Assembly (NCBI GenBank): GCA_965250005.1
Contig: OZ252279.1
Coordinates: 1,530,001-1,562,000, forward strand
From: Demequinaceae bacterium
GTDB taxonomy: Bacteria; Actinomycetota; Actinomycetes; Actinomycetales; Demequinaceae
Length of the DNA: 32,000 bases
Direction of reading: 5' to 3'
In this document: positions 10,456 through 21,686 of the stretch, piece by piece
Layout of the letters: every line of letters begins with the position of its first letter
Numbering within the stretch: the stretch's first letter is position 1
The notes under the pieces: generated by a model
Seen by the model: the letters and a program-made list of their open reading frames with translations, nothing else
Told to the model about the DNA's origin: nothing
The model's database searches: none
Position numbers and translations under genes: made by a program

Positions 10456-11402
10456 CGAAGCTCCGCTACGCCTACTTGGGCCCCGAGGGGACGTTCACGG
10501 AGCAGGCGCTCAAGCGCATGGTGAGCGCAGACGATGCGGAGATGGTGCCCGTTGTCGACGTTCTCTCCGCCCTCGGTGCCGTCCGGTCGGGCGAAGCTGA
10601 CTATGCCGTCGTCGCCATTGAGAACACTGTTGAAGGAGGCGTGACGGCGACGCTTGACACGCTCGCGCTGGGATCGCCTTTGGTCATTCTGGGCGAGATT
10701 GTTCTTCCCGTGTCCTTCGAGTTGGTCGCGCGAGACGGCACCGTGGAGACCGACATCAAGGCCATCTCCACGCACTCGCACGCGTGGGCGCAGTGCCGCC
10801 AGTGGCTCAACGAGAATTTTCCGCACGCGGTGCACGTGCCCGCAACGTCCAATGCCGCAGCGCCCATGATTCTCGCCGATGAGGCCCACTCGGTTGACCA
10901 AGTCGGATTCGAGGCTGCGCTGGCGCCCCCGGGGGTGGGGGCTCGTCTTGGGCTGAGCGTCCTGCGCGAAGGCATTGCGGACAATGTCCACGCGATGACC
11001 AGGTTTGTTCGCGTCGGAAAGCCGGAAGCCGTCCCGTCCCCCACCGGCGCCGACAAGACGACCTTGGTGGTGCACCTGCCGACGGACCGCGCGGGTGCTC
11101 TCTTGGAGATGCTCGAGCAGTTCGCCGCGCGCGGAGTCAACCTCTCCCGGATTGAGTCGCGGCCCATCAGCGACCGTCCCGGAGAGTACTCGTTCTCGAT
11201 CGACGCGCTTGGACACGTCGCCGAGGAGAGGGTCGCCGAAGTCCTGATCGGGCTCAGGCGAACGTGCCCGCGCGTGCTATTCCTTGGGTCATACCCGTCA
11301 AACAGAGGCGCTGAGGCCACAGCCATTGACCGCGGAACAGCAGACTCCGATTTTGCCTCTGCTCGCCAGTGGGTGTCGGGGCTACGCGAAGGCCAGCACT
11401 AG
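10452..11402 (+). CDS. pheA: Prephenate dehydratase
   Basis: 316 aa; RYAYLGPEGTFTEQAL, ADYAVVAIENTVEGGVTATLDTL, ACT domain GALLEMLEQFAARGVNLSRIESRPI. GTG start overlaps the upstream stop. Confidence 0.95.
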   Translation: MTKLRYAYLGPEGTFTEQALKRMVSADDAEMVPVVDVLSALGAVRSGEADYAVVAIENTVEGGVTATLDTLALGSPLVILGEIVLPVSFELVARDGTVETDIKAISTHSHAWAQCRQWLNENFPHAVHVPATSNAAAPMILADEAHSVDQVGFEAALAPPGVGARLGLSVLREGIADNVHAMTRFVRVGKPEAVPSPTGADKTTLVVHLPTDRAGALLEMLEQFAARGVNLSRIESRPISDRPGEYSFSIDALGHVAEERVAEVLIGLRRTCPRVLFLGSYPSNRGAEATAIDRGTADSDFASARQWVSGLREGQH

Positions 11403-12550
11403 CGGCGACGGGTTCTGGGTTCGATGAGAGTTCGCACGGTAAGTACGCTTGGATCGATCCGTGCTCGAACGTGGCTGGCACGGCCAAGCGCCTCGCCATC
11501 GACTTGAACCCGCTGCGGTGCCTCCACTCGGATGTCCACACTGCTGCCGCGCGCGTGGTCAATACGACCTGCGCGCCAGGCCTTAGGCAGAGTTGGCGCG
11601 TTGATGCCAGCTCCCTTCATCCATACCTCGCCAAAGAGTTCCGCCCATCCGGCGATGCCAGCGCGCGAGTCGATCGTCGCAAAGTCGAGAGCCCCATCGT
11701 TGATGCGGGCATCTGGCAGAAGTGTCATCCCGCCGGGTAAGCGGCCGCAGTTGGCGGCGAGCACGCTCCGCATCTGCCCAATTACCGGGTCAGAATCATC
11801 CACACTGACGCTCGCGCGCATCCGCTTGGCGCCCATAAATGGCAACGCGGCGAAGAAGTATGCACCCCATCCCAGGCGAGATTTAAGTTTGTCGTCAGCG
11901 CCGGCGACCATTTCCGCGTCAATGCCGATGCCCGCGAACACCAGAAAGAGATGGTCTTCCTCTTCGCCCTCCTCGTTGCCGACCGAAAGCCATCCCACGT
12001 CGACCTTCGAGTCCATGCCGTCGATCGCGGCGCGAATGGCGGCGGGAATGTCATTTGAGGGGATGTCAAGATTGAGCGCGAGCAGGTTCCCCGTACCGGT
12101 CGGAATGATCCCTAGTGGAACCCCCTTTCCGATTGCTGCCTCCCCCACCGCCCGAACTGTGCCGTCGCCGCCAACTGCGACCAGGACGTCAGCCCCGGCC
12201 TCGACGGCCTCGCGGGCCAATGCGGTTCCAGAATCGTGTGGAGTTGTGTAGAGCCAAACGGGCTCAGGAAGGTAGCGCATCGAGCACGCGCGATACGCTG
12301 CCTCCCTGACTTCGGCAACGCCAGCTTTGGTGGGGTTCGCAATGAAGGCGAATCGCTCGGAGCCTGGTCGTTCCTTCGCGAAGGCGGCAAGAGTCTCCGC
12401 GGGAATCTCTCGGATGAGCAGTGCGCGGCGCAGTAGCGGAGGGACGGCGGATGGCTCACGTTTTCCCAATTGTCGAATGGTGCTGGCTACCATCCAGACC
12501 GTAGTTGACGCGAGGACGAACGCCGCGACGCCAAGGATGTCCCAGACCAT
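11399..12550 (-). CDS. Diacylglycerol kinase-family lipid kinase
   Basis: 383 aa; VLVAVGGDGTVRAVGEAAIGKGVPLGIIPTGTGNLLALNL glycine-rich nucleotide-binding motif. Confidence 0.92.
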   Translation of the reverse strand: MVWDILGVAAFVLASTTVWMVASTIRQLGKREPSAVPPLLRRALLIREIPAETLAAFAKERPGSERFAFIANPTKAGVAEVREAAYRACSMRYLPEPVWLYTTPHDSGTALAREAVEAGADVLVAVGGDGTVRAVGEAAIGKGVPLGIIPTGTGNLLALNLDIPSNDIPAAIRAAIDGMDSKVDVGWLSVGNEEGEEEDHLFLVFAGIGIDAEMVAGADDKLKSRLGWGAYFFAALPFMGAKRMRASVSVDDSDPVIGQMRSVLAANCGRLPGGMTLLPDARINDGALDFATIDSRAGIAGWAELFGEVWMKGAGINAPTLPKAWRAGRIDHARGSSVDIRVEAPQRVQVDGEALGRASHVRARIDPSVLTVRTLIEPRTRRR

Positions 12551-12586
12551 GGTTCGAGCCTACGTTGGCGCGGCTAGAGTGGCACC

Positions 12587-13858
12587 ATGATCGACCTAAA
12601 AGTCTTGCGCTCGGAGCCGGATCTCGTACGTGAGAGCCAGCGATCCCGGGGCGAAGACGAGAGCGTCGTGGACTTGGCGCTCGCTGCCGATTCGGAGCAT
12701 CGCGCTGCCTTGACAGAGTTCGAGGCGAAGCGCGCGGAGCAGAAACTGCTCGGCAAGACGGTCGCGCAAGCCAAGGGCGACGACAAAGCTGTCGCGCTCG
12801 ATCAGGCCAAGGCGCTGGCCGCCCAAGTGAAGGCACTCGAGTCGACGGCGAACGCAGCGGCGGAGCGCGCAGTCGAGTCGTCTCGTGCGCTGTCGAACAT
12901 CGTCGCTCCGGGAGTCCCGTCCGGCGGGGAAGCGGACTTTTTGACACTCCGCGAAGTCGGAACGCCTCGCGACTTCGCGGGTGATGGGGTTGCGGTGCGC
13001 GACCACCTCGAAATCGCGGAGGGGCTGGCAGCAATCGATATGGAGCGCGGCGCCAAGGTAAGCGGCGCCCGGTTCTACTTCCTCACGGGAATCGGCGCGC
13101 GCCTCGAACTCGCCATTCTCACCGCCGCGATGGACACGGCCCGTGAGGCGGGTTTCACACCGATGGTCACGCCCACGCTGGTAAAGCCGGAGGTCATGGC
13201 TGGAACAGGGTTCCTCGGCGAGCACGCCGACGAGGTCTATCACCTGGAGGAGGACGACCTCTACTTGACGGGGACATCTGAAGTGGCGCTCGCCGGTTAC
13301 CACGCCAACGAAATCCTTGATCTGGGCGATGGCCCGTTGCGCTACGCGGGCTGGTCGACGTGCTACCGGCGCGAGGCCGGCTCCTACGGCAAGGACACCC
13401 GGGGCATCATCCGCGTGCATCAATTCCAGAAGATCGAGATGTTCTCGTTCTGCGCCGCGGTGGACGCCGTCGCTGAACACAACAAGTTTCTCGCACTCGA
13501 GGAGCAGATGCTCGGCAATCTCGAACTTCCCTACCGCGTGATCGAGACCGCGGCAGGTGATCTTGGCTCGAGCGCCGCTCGCAAGTATGACTGCGAAGCG
13601 TGGCTGCCCAGCCAGCAGCGGTTTATGGAGGTCACATCGACGTCGAACTGCACTACTTTCCAGGCGCGACGCCTCGGAATTCGCGAGCGCGGTGAAGCGG
13701 GCATGGAGCCTGTCGCCACCGTGAACGGCACCATAGGCACCACGCGCTGGATAGTCGCGTTGCTCGAGAACCATCAACAGGCCGACGGTTCGGTGCATGT
13801 TCCCGAGGCTCTGCGCCCCTACCTCGGAGGTCTCGAGCGCCTCGATCCCGTGAACTAG
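12587..13858 (+). CDS. serS: Serine--tRNA ligase
   Basis: 423 aa; [82 protein letters not shown]. Confidence 0.97.
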   Translation: MIDLKVLRSEPDLVRESQRSRGEDESVVDLALAADSEHRAALTEFEAKRAEQKLLGKTVAQAKGDDKAVALDQAKALAAQVKALESTANAAAERAVESSRALSNIVAPGVPSGGEADFLTLREVGTPRDFAGDGVAVRDHLEIAEGLAAIDMERGAKVSGARFYFLTGIGARLELAILTAAMDTAREAGFTPMVTPTLVKPEVMAGTGFLGEHADEVYHLEEDDLYLTGTSEVALAGYHANEILDLGDGPLRYAGWSTCYRREAGSYGKDTRGIIRVHQFQKIEMFSFCAAVDAVAEHNKFLALEEQMLGNLELPYRVIETAAGDLGSSAARKYDCEAWLPSQQRFMEVTSTSNCTTFQARRLGIRERGEAGMEPVATVNGTIGTTRWIVALLENHQQADGSVHVPEALRPYLGGLERLDPVN

Positions 13859-14018
13859 TCGGAGCGGATCATGGGGCACGCTTCCGAGTCCGCCAAAGTC
13901 GCCGCGAATCACCAGGCCGCCAGGACCGGCGGCGGCGGTCGCCCGTCGATTCACGGAGAGTTGGCGCGAATTCGTGAACGCGCTGGCGGGACGAACTACT
14001 AGAGATAGAGTCAGTTTG

Positions 14019-14927
14019 ATGAACTCCGACGGCACCGAGGACAATCGCGGCGCCGACGTGTCCCGGTCGCCGGAGCCCGACGCGGCCACGATGACACCGC
14101 CACTGGATCCCGATTCGTGGCGCATGCTCGGCCTTGACATCGACGGAACGCTCATGCACTGGGGTGGCGACATATCACCTGACGTCGTGCGCGCTGTCGA
14201 GCAAGTCCGCATGTGCCGCAACCACGTGATTCTTGCGACTGGCCGGAATATAATTGCCACGATGCCGGTCGCCGAGACCCTCGGAATTCGCCGCGGCTGG
14301 GCAGTCTGCTCGAACGGGGCAGTAACCATCAAACTGAACCCAGCCTCTCCCGGCGGCTACGACATTACTGAGAAAGTCACGTTCAACCCGCGGGCCGCCC
14401 TGGAACTCATCCGCGACCAACTTCCGGACGCCCTCTATGCGGTCGAAGATTTGGGAGTGGGATTCCGCGTTAGTGAGAATTTCCCGATGGGAGAGCTAGC
14501 GGGCAGGCAACGAGTTGTGCGCTTTGAGGAGTTGTGCGAGTCCGAGGCAACACGCGTCGTGATCCGTGCCCCCGGCAAGGAAGTGTCGCACTTCGACGAG
14601 CTGGTCGCCCAGATTGGATTGAGCGAAGTGACCTATGCGGTGGGCTACTCTGCCTGGCTCGACCTCACTCCGCCCGGGGTCTCCAAGGCATCTGCGCTGG
14701 AGATGCTGCGACGGCAATTGGGCGTCTACCCGGACCACACGGTCGCCGTTGGCGACGGGATGAATGACATTGAGATGTTGAAGTGGGCGGGCCACTCCAC
14801 GGCCATGGGGAACGCCGGCGAGCCGGTCAGGGCGGCTGCTATGGACGTGACGGGAACGGTGGAACAGGACGGCGTGATGAGCGTGCTGACAGACCTGATC
14901 GACCCCGACCGCCTGGCTGTGATGTGA
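14019..14927 (+). CDS. HAD-superfamily (Cof-like) hydrolase
   Basis: 302 aa from MNSDGTEDN; MLGLDIDGTLMHWGG, ILATGRN, VAVGDGMNDIEMLKWAGHSTAMGNA. Confidence 0.92.
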   Translation: MNSDGTEDNRGADVSRSPEPDAATMTPPLDPDSWRMLGLDIDGTLMHWGGDISPDVVRAVEQVRMCRNHVILATGRNIIATMPVAETLGIRRGWAVCSNGAVTIKLNPASPGGYDITEKVTFNPRAALELIRDQLPDALYAVEDLGVGFRVSENFPMGELAGRQRVVRFEELCESEATRVVIRAPGKEVSHFDELVAQIGLSEVTYAVGYSAWLDLTPPGVSKASALEMLRRQLGVYPDHTVAVGDGMNDIEMLKWAGHSTAMGNAGEPVRAAAMDVTGTVEQDGVMSVLTDLIDPDRLAVM

Positions 14928-16174
14928 GCGTTCTTCCGCCTGGCTCGCGCCGCCGCGTAGGCACGCTCGCTGCGTCCCAGCTAGTTGGCGGGATCGGGAT
15001 GGCGTCCGGGCTCGCGGTCGGTGCGTTGCTCGCCGAGAGCATTACTGGCAGAGCGGCGTTGTCGGGCCTACCGCAAACTGCGAACGTGCTTGGCGCGGCC
15101 CTCCTTGCTGTACCGCTCGCACGCCTTGCCGGTCGCGCGGGCCGCCGTACGGCTCTGCTCGCAGGCTTTGCGATCGCCGCTCTGGGTGGGGCAACGGCAC
15201 TTGTCGCGGCGATGATCGGATCGTTCCCACTTCTGATAGTTGGCACGGCGATGGCGGGCGGCGGGTCTGCGGCGGGGTTTCAGGCACGTTTCGCGGCGAC
15301 CGACGGCGTCGAGCCGTCCGGCCACGGCCGAGTACTGGCGCTCGTAGTCTGGACAACGACGGTCGGCGCGATTCTTGGGCCCAACCTGATCGAGCGCGGC
15401 GCGAACCTAGCCGAACGATTGTCAATCCCCGATCTTGCTGGCCCCTGGATAATTGCGACAGTTGCACTGTTTGCTGCCGCGCTGGTAATTGCCTTTGGGC
15501 TCAAGCGCGACCGTCCTATTGACGCGCCACCGAAGGCGGCGCCTATCGCCGACGTGGTGCGCAGCATCGCCCAACATCCGGAGGGACTGATCGGGATCGT
15601 GTCGATCGCTACCGGGCACGTCGTCATGGTCGGAATCATGGCGATGACCGCGGTTCACCTCAACGGCAACGGCTCTAGCCTTCAGATTGTGGGGCTGGTG
15701 ATCAGCGTTCACGTGGCGGGCATGTTCGCACTGAGCCCGTTCTTCGGGTGGGCCGCCGACAAGTGGGGACCGATCAGGGTGATCGTCGGCGGGGCGATCA
15801 CGCTCATGGGCGGAGCGCTTCTCACGGCGGCCGGAGGGGTGCTCGACGACGCATTCCGGCATGCGGAGGCGGAGAGGGTGGTGGGAATTGGGCTACTCCT
15901 CATCGGCCTTGGCTGGTCAGCCGGACTTATCGCCGGGTCAACGATGGTCGCCCGCGCGTCTCATGCCGAGGATGCCGGAGTGACGCCAACCGACATTCAG
16001 GGGGCGTCGGACCTGGTGATGGGGCTGGCGGGCGCAATTGCGGGTGGGCTGTCAGGCGTCGTGCTGTCGGCCATTGGCTACTCCGGGCTGTCGATCGCCG
16101 GCGCATTGCTTGTGATTCCGTTACTCGTGCTCCTTGCCACGCGCGGTCGCGCTATTCTCCAACAAGTGGCATGA
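14924..16174 (+). CDS. MFS transporter
   Basis: 416 aa if started at the GTG overlapping the upstream stop (VSVLPPGSRRRVGTLAASQLVGGIG); polytopic. Confidence 0.85.
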   Translation: MSVLPPGSRRRVGTLAASQLVGGIGMASGLAVGALLAESITGRAALSGLPQTANVLGAALLAVPLARLAGRAGRRTALLAGFAIAALGGATALVAAMIGSFPLLIVGTAMAGGGSAAGFQARFAATDGVEPSGHGRVLALVVWTTTVGAILGPNLIERGANLAERLSIPDLAGPWIIATVALFAAALVIAFGLKRDRPIDAPPKAAPIADVVRSIAQHPEGLIGIVSIATGHVVMVGIMAMTAVHLNGNGSSLQIVGLVISVHVAGMFALSPFFGWAADKWGPIRVIVGGAITLMGGALLTAAGGVLDDAFRHAEAERVVGIGLLLIGLGWSAGLIAGSTMVARASHAEDAGVTPTDIQGASDLVMGLAGAIAGGLSGVVLSAIGYSGLSIAGALLVIPLLVLLATRGRAILQQVA

Positions 16175-16202
16175 ATCTCGAACTAGAAGGACGGTACGCG
16201 AC

Positions 16203-17435
16203 ATGAATTGGATCGAGGACCCCGCGCACCACCGATGGCTCGAGGCAGAGACGGACCGGCTCTTCGACTTTGGCGTCGCATCTAGGGATCCGCTCGGCGG
16301 TTTCGGCTGGCTGTCGGAAGACGGCGCACTGGACGCGTCTCATGACACCGAACTGTGGATCACCTGCCGCATGACGCACGTGTACGCGCTCGGTGACTTG
16401 ATGGGACGGCCCGAGGCCGCGAGTCTGGTTGACCACGGCATCGCCGCGCTAAATGGCAGGTTGCGCGACGAGAAGAATGGCGGATGGTTCGCGGCGGTTA
16501 ACGCCGATGGCCCTACGGTGACCGACAAGGAAGCGTACGGGCACGTGTTCGTGGTGCTCGCGGCTTCCTCCGCAGCCGCCGCAGGACGCCCGGGAGCGCG
16601 CGAGCTCCTGTTCGACGCGCTAAAAGTTGTGGACGCCCGATTCTGGGACGACCAAGCAGGGATGAGTCGCGAATCGTTTAGCGAAGATTGGTCTGTAGAA
16701 GAGCAGTATCGGGGCATTAACTCGAATATGCACCTTGTCGAGGCGTACATAGCCGCTGCAGACGTGACTGGCAACCCGGACCTCCTGAAACGAGCGCTCC
16801 GTATCACGGACCGCGCCATCCACGAAAACGCGCGCAACAATAACTGGCGGCTGCCCGAGCACTTCACGGCTACCTGGCAGCCTGATCTCGAATACAACAA
16901 GGACGACCCCGCGCATAGGTTCCGCCCCTATGGCGCGACCATTGGGCATTGGTTCGAGTGGGCTCGCCTCTCGGTTCAGCTCGCCGCATCTATTGAGCAA
17001 GCGGGAATGGCGGCGCCCGAGTGGATGATTCCGGATGCGCGCGCGCTATTCGACGCCGCCGTCAAGGAAGGCTGGAACGTGGATGGAGCGCCAGGGTTTG
17101 TCTGCACCGTCGATTGGAGCGGAAAGCCGGTGGTCCGCGTGCGCTTCCACTGGGTGATCGCAGAAGCCATCGCCGCTGCTGCAGCGCTATTCTCGCGCAC
17201 CGGCACTGAGGAGTACTCAGAGAATTACCGTAGTTGGTGGCAGTTTGTGGGCGCACACCATCTAGATCGTGTGGGTGGATCCTGGTGGCATGAACTCGGG
17301 CCAGACAACACCGTGTCCCGAACGGTATGGACAGGGAAGGTCGACACCTATCACGCTCTCCAGTCGACACTCTTTGCGCGACTGCCGCTCAACCCTGCGC
17401 TTGCGCCCTCGCTCGCCGCAGGGAACTTGCGGTAG
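16203..17435 (+). CDS. AGE (N-acylglucosamine 2-epimerase) family epimerase/isomerase
   Basis: 410 aa from MNWIEDPAHHRWLEAET; YGHVFVVLAASSAA, NSNMHLVEAYIAA, PGFVCTVDWSGKPVVRVRFHWVIAEAIAAAAAL. Confidence 0.9.
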   Translation: MNWIEDPAHHRWLEAETDRLFDFGVASRDPLGGFGWLSEDGALDASHDTELWITCRMTHVYALGDLMGRPEAASLVDHGIAALNGRLRDEKNGGWFAAVNADGPTVTDKEAYGHVFVVLAASSAAAAGRPGARELLFDALKVVDARFWDDQAGMSRESFSEDWSVEEQYRGINSNMHLVEAYIAAADVTGNPDLLKRALRITDRAIHENARNNNWRLPEHFTATWQPDLEYNKDDPAHRFRPYGATIGHWFEWARLSVQLAASIEQAGMAAPEWMIPDARALFDAAVKEGWNVDGAPGFVCTVDWSGKPVVRVRFHWVIAEAIAAAAALFSRTGTEEYSENYRSWWQFVGAHHLDRVGGSWWHELGPDNTVSRTVWTGKVDTYHALQSTLFARLPLNPALAPSLAAGNLR

Positions 17436-17444
17436 CTCGCGCCG

Positions 17445-18410
17445 TCATTCGACGGTAAGAATCAGTTTTCCGAATACTCTGCCCGACTCGAGTTCTGTAT
17501 GAGCTCGCGAGGCCTCGGCCAGCGGGTAGGTGCCATGGACAATGGGCCGCACCTCAGAAGGGATCAGCGGCCACACGTTCTGACGCGTCGCAGCCACAAT
17601 GGCCGCTTTCTCTGCGAATGGGCGTGCTCGGAGCGTATTGCTCAGGACGGTGCCCCCCTTGCGCATGAGCATTCCCAGGTCAAGGTTTGCGGTGGAGCCG
17701 CCTTGGAGGCCGATAATCACGAGTCGGCCATGCTGGGTCAGTGTCTCTAGGTTGCGCTCCAGATACGCTGCGCCGACGACGTCGAGAATGACGTCGGCTC
17801 CTCCCAAGTCGGAAACCACGGGCACGAAGTTCTCGGTCTCGTAGTCGACCGCGACATCCGCGCCCAGGTTCGCGCACCGCGCTGTCCGCTCGGGGCCGCG
17901 GGCGGTCGCGACAACGGTCATGCCGATCGCCTTTCCAATTTGTATCGCCGTGGTTCCGATTCCGCCGCTTCCACCGTGAACTAGCAACGTTTCGCCGCTC
18001 TTCGCCCTAGCCGCAGCGAGGTTTGACCACACCGTGCATGCCGCCTCAACCAAGCCGCCCGCCTCCACAAGCGGAACGCCTTTGGGCGCGGGTATTACGA
18101 GCTCCTCGGGGGCGGCAAAGAGTGATGCGTAGCCGCCTCCGGTCAACAGCGCGCAAACCTCGTCCCCAGCCGCGTACTCGAGGACTTCGGCACCGACGGC
18201 CACCACGGTCCCGCTCGCCTCTAGTCCTGGCCACTCGGGCGCACCCTCTGGCGCTGGATACTTTCCCTCACGCTGGAGGATGTCAGCTCGGTTGATTCCG
18301 GCGCCACTCGTCCTCACCAATACCTCGCGCGGACCGGGAATTGGGTCGATCCTCTCCTGAATCTCGAACACCCCAGGTCCACCGAAACTGGACAAAGTGA
18401 CAACCTTCAC
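17445..18410 (-). CDS. NAD(P)H:quinone oxidoreductase (zeta-crystallin-like MDR)
   Basis: 321 aa; GINRADILQREGKYPAPEGAPEWPGLEASG, GDEVCALL, LLVHGGSGGIGTTAIQIGKAIG. Confidence 0.94.
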   Translation of the reverse strand: MKVVTLSSFGGPGVFEIQERIDPIPGPREVLVRTSGAGINRADILQREGKYPAPEGAPEWPGLEASGTVVAVGAEVLEYAAGDEVCALLTGGGYASLFAAPEELVIPAPKGVPLVEAGGLVEAACTVWSNLAAARAKSGETLLVHGGSGGIGTTAIQIGKAIGMTVVATARGPERTARCANLGADVAVDYETENFVPVVSDLGGADVILDVVGAAYLERNLETLTQHGRLVIIGLQGGSTANLDLGMLMRKGGTVLSNTLRARPFAEKAAIVAATRQNVWPLIPSEVRPIVHGTYPLAEASRAHTELESGRVFGKLILTVE

Positions 18411-18587
18411 AGAATTACCCCCGAATGTTCCGTCATGACCGGCATGTCCCAGCGTCTCATGTGTAAGGAGATATGCAGTTTGTGCTCATGAATGTTGGCA
18501 ATGAGGCCGATAAGTTGGGGTACGAGAGGTGTGTTTTCCGTTCACATCCGGTCGGTAGCGTGCCGACAGAGGCAAGAGAGAGGTCTC

Positions 18588-21500
18588 ATGCTCCAACGTT
18601 TGGGAGTTCGCGGAAAGATTCTTGCGGTTGTCGCCGTGCCGATTCTGGTGCTGGTGTTCGCGGCAGGCGCCGTCACCTTTTCTGCTGCCCGCCAACTGGA
18701 CGCTTCGCAGAACGTTGCGCAATTGTTGGGCGTCATTCGCCAGGCACACGACCTTGTCGACAACTTGCAGGCCGAACGTGACGCGGCTACCAACTACACC
18801 GGTATCTACCGCGAGACACTGGAGCAGCGTGAGACCGCGTGGTTGGGCACGGACCAGGCATTCTTAGACATCCTCCAGGCAGCGCTCGATGCGCCGGCTG
18901 CGGCGCAAGGAAGCGCGCAACAGGCGTCCTCGGAAGTCGCACAGCTCCTTCAGTTTCGGTTTGATGAGAATGGCGTTTTGGTCTCACGTGTGGGTGCCGA
19001 AACCGAGGTGACGGGCGGTATCTACCCGCTCCGCGCTGTCGACACGCAAGAGCGAGTTCAGGACGGCACCATCGCATCGAATTTCCCCACCTGGCCTTCG
19101 GTTGGCGAGGTGGAAGCGGTCGCCTCGAACTACGCGAGCCTCCGCATCGAAATCGCGGCGATTCTCGAGTCTCTCCCTGCCGGCACGGGCCTCGAGGACG
19201 CGATCGAGGTCCTCTTGTTCGCGACTGCGCTCGAAGCCACCTCCACTGATGCATTTCTTAAGGACTCACGGCTACTCGAGGAAGCGGTAGCGGGCACGAT
19301 TCTCGCGGTCAACCAGGCCGCACTCGTATTTGTGGTGCAAGAAGGCCGAATGAGTCCACGCGACGAGAACGCCAACGTGCTCGCCCTCACTGGTGCGGCC
19401 AGCAGCGCGCTCGATGGGATCGGGGAGATCCGCGCGACCCTCTTGGACCCTTCAACGAACTCGGGGAAGGTCGCTGGCTGGTATACCGCTGTGGTGGAGG
19501 ACTTGATTGATCTTTCGTATGAGGTAAGCACGATCACAGCCGATCGACAACTTTCTCTCATGCTGGTCGCGTACGCGGACTCGGACACCCTGATCGAGAG
19601 AATTCAAGTCGAGAAGTTTACTCTTGAAGGTATCATCCGACGCGGAGAGTTCGGCTTTGGCGAAGCGCAAGCGACCAACCGCCTCATAGTCCGAACGGAC
19701 CTCGCGCTGGTCACCGCGCAAGAGAGTGCCGCTACTGTAGAAGTGTTGCCGGCCGTCCCCAGTTTTGGCGCGTCGTTCGACCCTACGAGCACTGACGTCA
19801 AGTCGTTTGAGTTTGTGCGTAACCGCTTGTCAACGGGCCAGGACTCAATCGCCAAGATCGAGCGAGTCTCCAACTGGCCCTTGCGCGTCAGTCAAGAATT
19901 GGCGGTTTTGGCACCGCTCCGCGATGATGCATTCCGCAAAGGGCGCGCGCAGTCTGATGAAGCAACAGCAGCGACCCTCCTGCAAACGATCCTCACCTCG
20001 GTTATCGCCGCCGTCGTGGTTGTGGGCTCACTGTTCATCGCCCTCCTGATTTCTCGTCGAATAGTCGGACCGCTACGACGACTGACCACCACGGCTACCG
20101 CAGTGCGCCAGGAGTTGCCGCGTCTAGTCGAGCGCGTCGCGCTACCGGGCCAGACGGTTGACGTGTCGGAAGTGCAGATTCCGGTGGAGTCTGCGGACGA
20201 GATTGGCAGACTTGCCGAGGCGTTCAACGCAGTTAACGCCGCCACGCTTTCGATCGCCGGCGAGCAGGCTGCGCTGCGTGGATCGATCTCAGAAATGTTC
20301 GTCAACGTGGCTCGTCGCGACCAGGTGCTCCTGAACCGGCAGCTGGCCTCAATTGATGAGATGGAACGTACCCAGGACGACGCGGAAACGCTCACCCGGC
20401 TATTTGCGCTGGACCACCTTGCGACCCGGATGCGCCGAAACTCCGAGTCGCTGCTCGTGCTCGCGGGGATTGACACCGGCCGACGCATGCGTCGCGCCAT
20501 GCCGCTTTCGGACGTTATTCGCACCGCTTCTTCTGAGATCGAACTCTATGAGCGTATTCAACTCGAACTTGACGCCGACCCCGCCATGGTTGGTCACTCA
20601 TCGCTGACTGCTGCGCACCTCTTCGCGGAGTTGCTCGAAAACGCGACGGTCTTTTCTGACCCGGGAACGCCTGTTGTCGTCCGCACCATTGAGCGCGACG
20701 GAAACTTCATTGTCGAAGTTATCGACCGTGGCATCGGCATGGGAACCGAAGAGCTTCAGGAAGCAAATCAGCGCGTGCTCTCGACTGCAGCTTCGGAAAT
20801 CCTCGGTGCGCAACGGCTTGGGCTATTTGTGGTTGGGCGCATTGCGCGACGCATTGGCGCGCGCGTCGAGATCCAGAGTAAAGAAGGCGAAGGCACAACG
20901 ACCACTGTCATCATGCCGGTCAGCCTCTTCGATATCGACGCGGAAGTGGACACAAAGCGCACGTCCGAGAGCACAGTTGATGAGAACGTGCACGCTCCTG
21001 CAGCGCTTGTGGAGCACCGCCTCGACGATCAGGTCTTGGACGTTCTCGAAGAGTCCTCGCCGTACCAGGAGCCCCAAGAGACAGTTGAACCCGACCCAAT
21101 CGAGGTTGCACCGTTTGCGGACGTTGGCGTTGCCAACGCAGACGGAGGCGGGGGCGAACGGATTCCGGTAGAGGAAATCACCATCGACCAAATGCCTACT
21201 GAGGCCACCGTCACTACTCAGGATATCAACCATCTCATCGAGGCTGATGCCATTCTCGCGCCGACGAGTAGCGAGGTTGACCTCGCCTCCCTCACGGGTG
21301 GAGTCACGGAAACGGGCCTCCCCGCTCGTCGTCGTGGCGGGCCTGCGGATACCGAAGCACAGCCAGAAACCTCGAGCATTCTCGGACTCCCTGCGCGCCC
21401 GACCACCGGCCAGATGGACGAGATATCCTCGGGCGATGCACCCTCGGGATTCGTACCGCAAGTGAGCGCAAGCGAAGTCGCACCTCAGACAGCCGAACAG

Positions 21501-21686
21501 CGTGCATCGATGTTCCGCGGGTTCCAAGGCCGTCGAGAAGAGGGCGAAGAAGGCGAAGAGGTTATACTCGACCCAGATGCAGAGTCGCTCGGCCAGGCTG
21601 CGCGACGCGGAGCCGTCGCTCCCGATTCGATTCCTGCGCTTGAGGAAGAAGACTCGGCGAGCATCGAACGAGGGACGCATGACTGA
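18588..21686 (+). CDS. Nitrate/nitrite-sensing-domain sensor histidine kinase, conservon CvnA-like
   Basis: 1032 aa from MLQRLGVRGKILAVVAVP; NIT extracellular domain, TM, LTRLFALDHLATRMRRNSESLLVLAG, HATPase (LLENATVFSDPGTPV..DRGIGM), about 250-aa acidic tail. Confidence 0.93.
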   Translation: MLQRLGVRGKILAVVAVPILVLVFAAGAVTFSAARQLDASQNVAQLLGVIRQAHDLVDNLQAERDAATNYTGIYRETLEQRETAWLGTDQAFLDILQAALDAPAAAQGSAQQASSEVAQLLQFRFDENGVLVSRVGAETEVTGGIYPLRAVDTQERVQDGTIASNFPTWPSVGEVEAVASNYASLRIEIAAILESLPAGTGLEDAIEVLLFATALEATSTDAFLKDSRLLEEAVAGTILAVNQAALVFVVQEGRMSPRDENANVLALTGAASSALDGIGEIRATLLDPSTNSGKVAGWYTAVVEDLIDLSYEVSTITADRQLSLMLVAYADSDTLIERIQVEKFTLEGIIRRGEFGFGEAQATNRLIVRTDLALVTAQESAATVEVLPAVPSFGASFDPTSTDVKSFEFVRNRLSTGQDSIAKIERVSNWPLRVSQELAVLAPLRDDAFRKGRAQSDEATAATLLQTILTSVIAAVVVVGSLFIALLISRRIVGPLRRLTTTATAVRQELPRLVERVALPGQTVDVSEVQIPVESADEIGRLAEAFNAVNAATLSIAGEQAALRGSISEMFVNVARRDQVLLNRQLASIDEMERTQDDAETLTRLFALDHLATRMRRNSESLLVLAGIDTGRRMRRAMPLSDVIRTASSEIELYERIQLELDADPAMVGHSSLTAAHLFAELLENATVFSDPGTPVVVRTIERDGNFIVEVIDRGIGMGTEELQEANQRVLSTAASEILGAQRLGLFVVGRIARRIGARVEIQSKEGEGTTTTVIMPVSLFDIDAEVDTKRTSESTVDENVHAPAALVEHRLDDQVLDVLEESSPYQEPQETVEPDPIEVAPFADVGVANADGGGGERIPVEEITIDQMPTEATVTTQDINHLIEADAILAPTSSEVDLASLTGGVTETGLPARRRGGPADTEAQPETSSILGLPARPTTGQMDEISSGDAPSGFVPQVSASEVAPQTAEQRASMFRGFQGRREEGEEGEEVILDPDAESLGQAARRGAVAPDSIPALEEEDSASIERGTHD

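Noticed and set aside
12596-14332. 578-aa minus-strand ORF opposite serS and the HAD gene
   Set aside because: Spans two well-supported plus-strand genes in a high-GC genome; composition (Arg/Gly/Ala-rich) is that of a shadow ORF.
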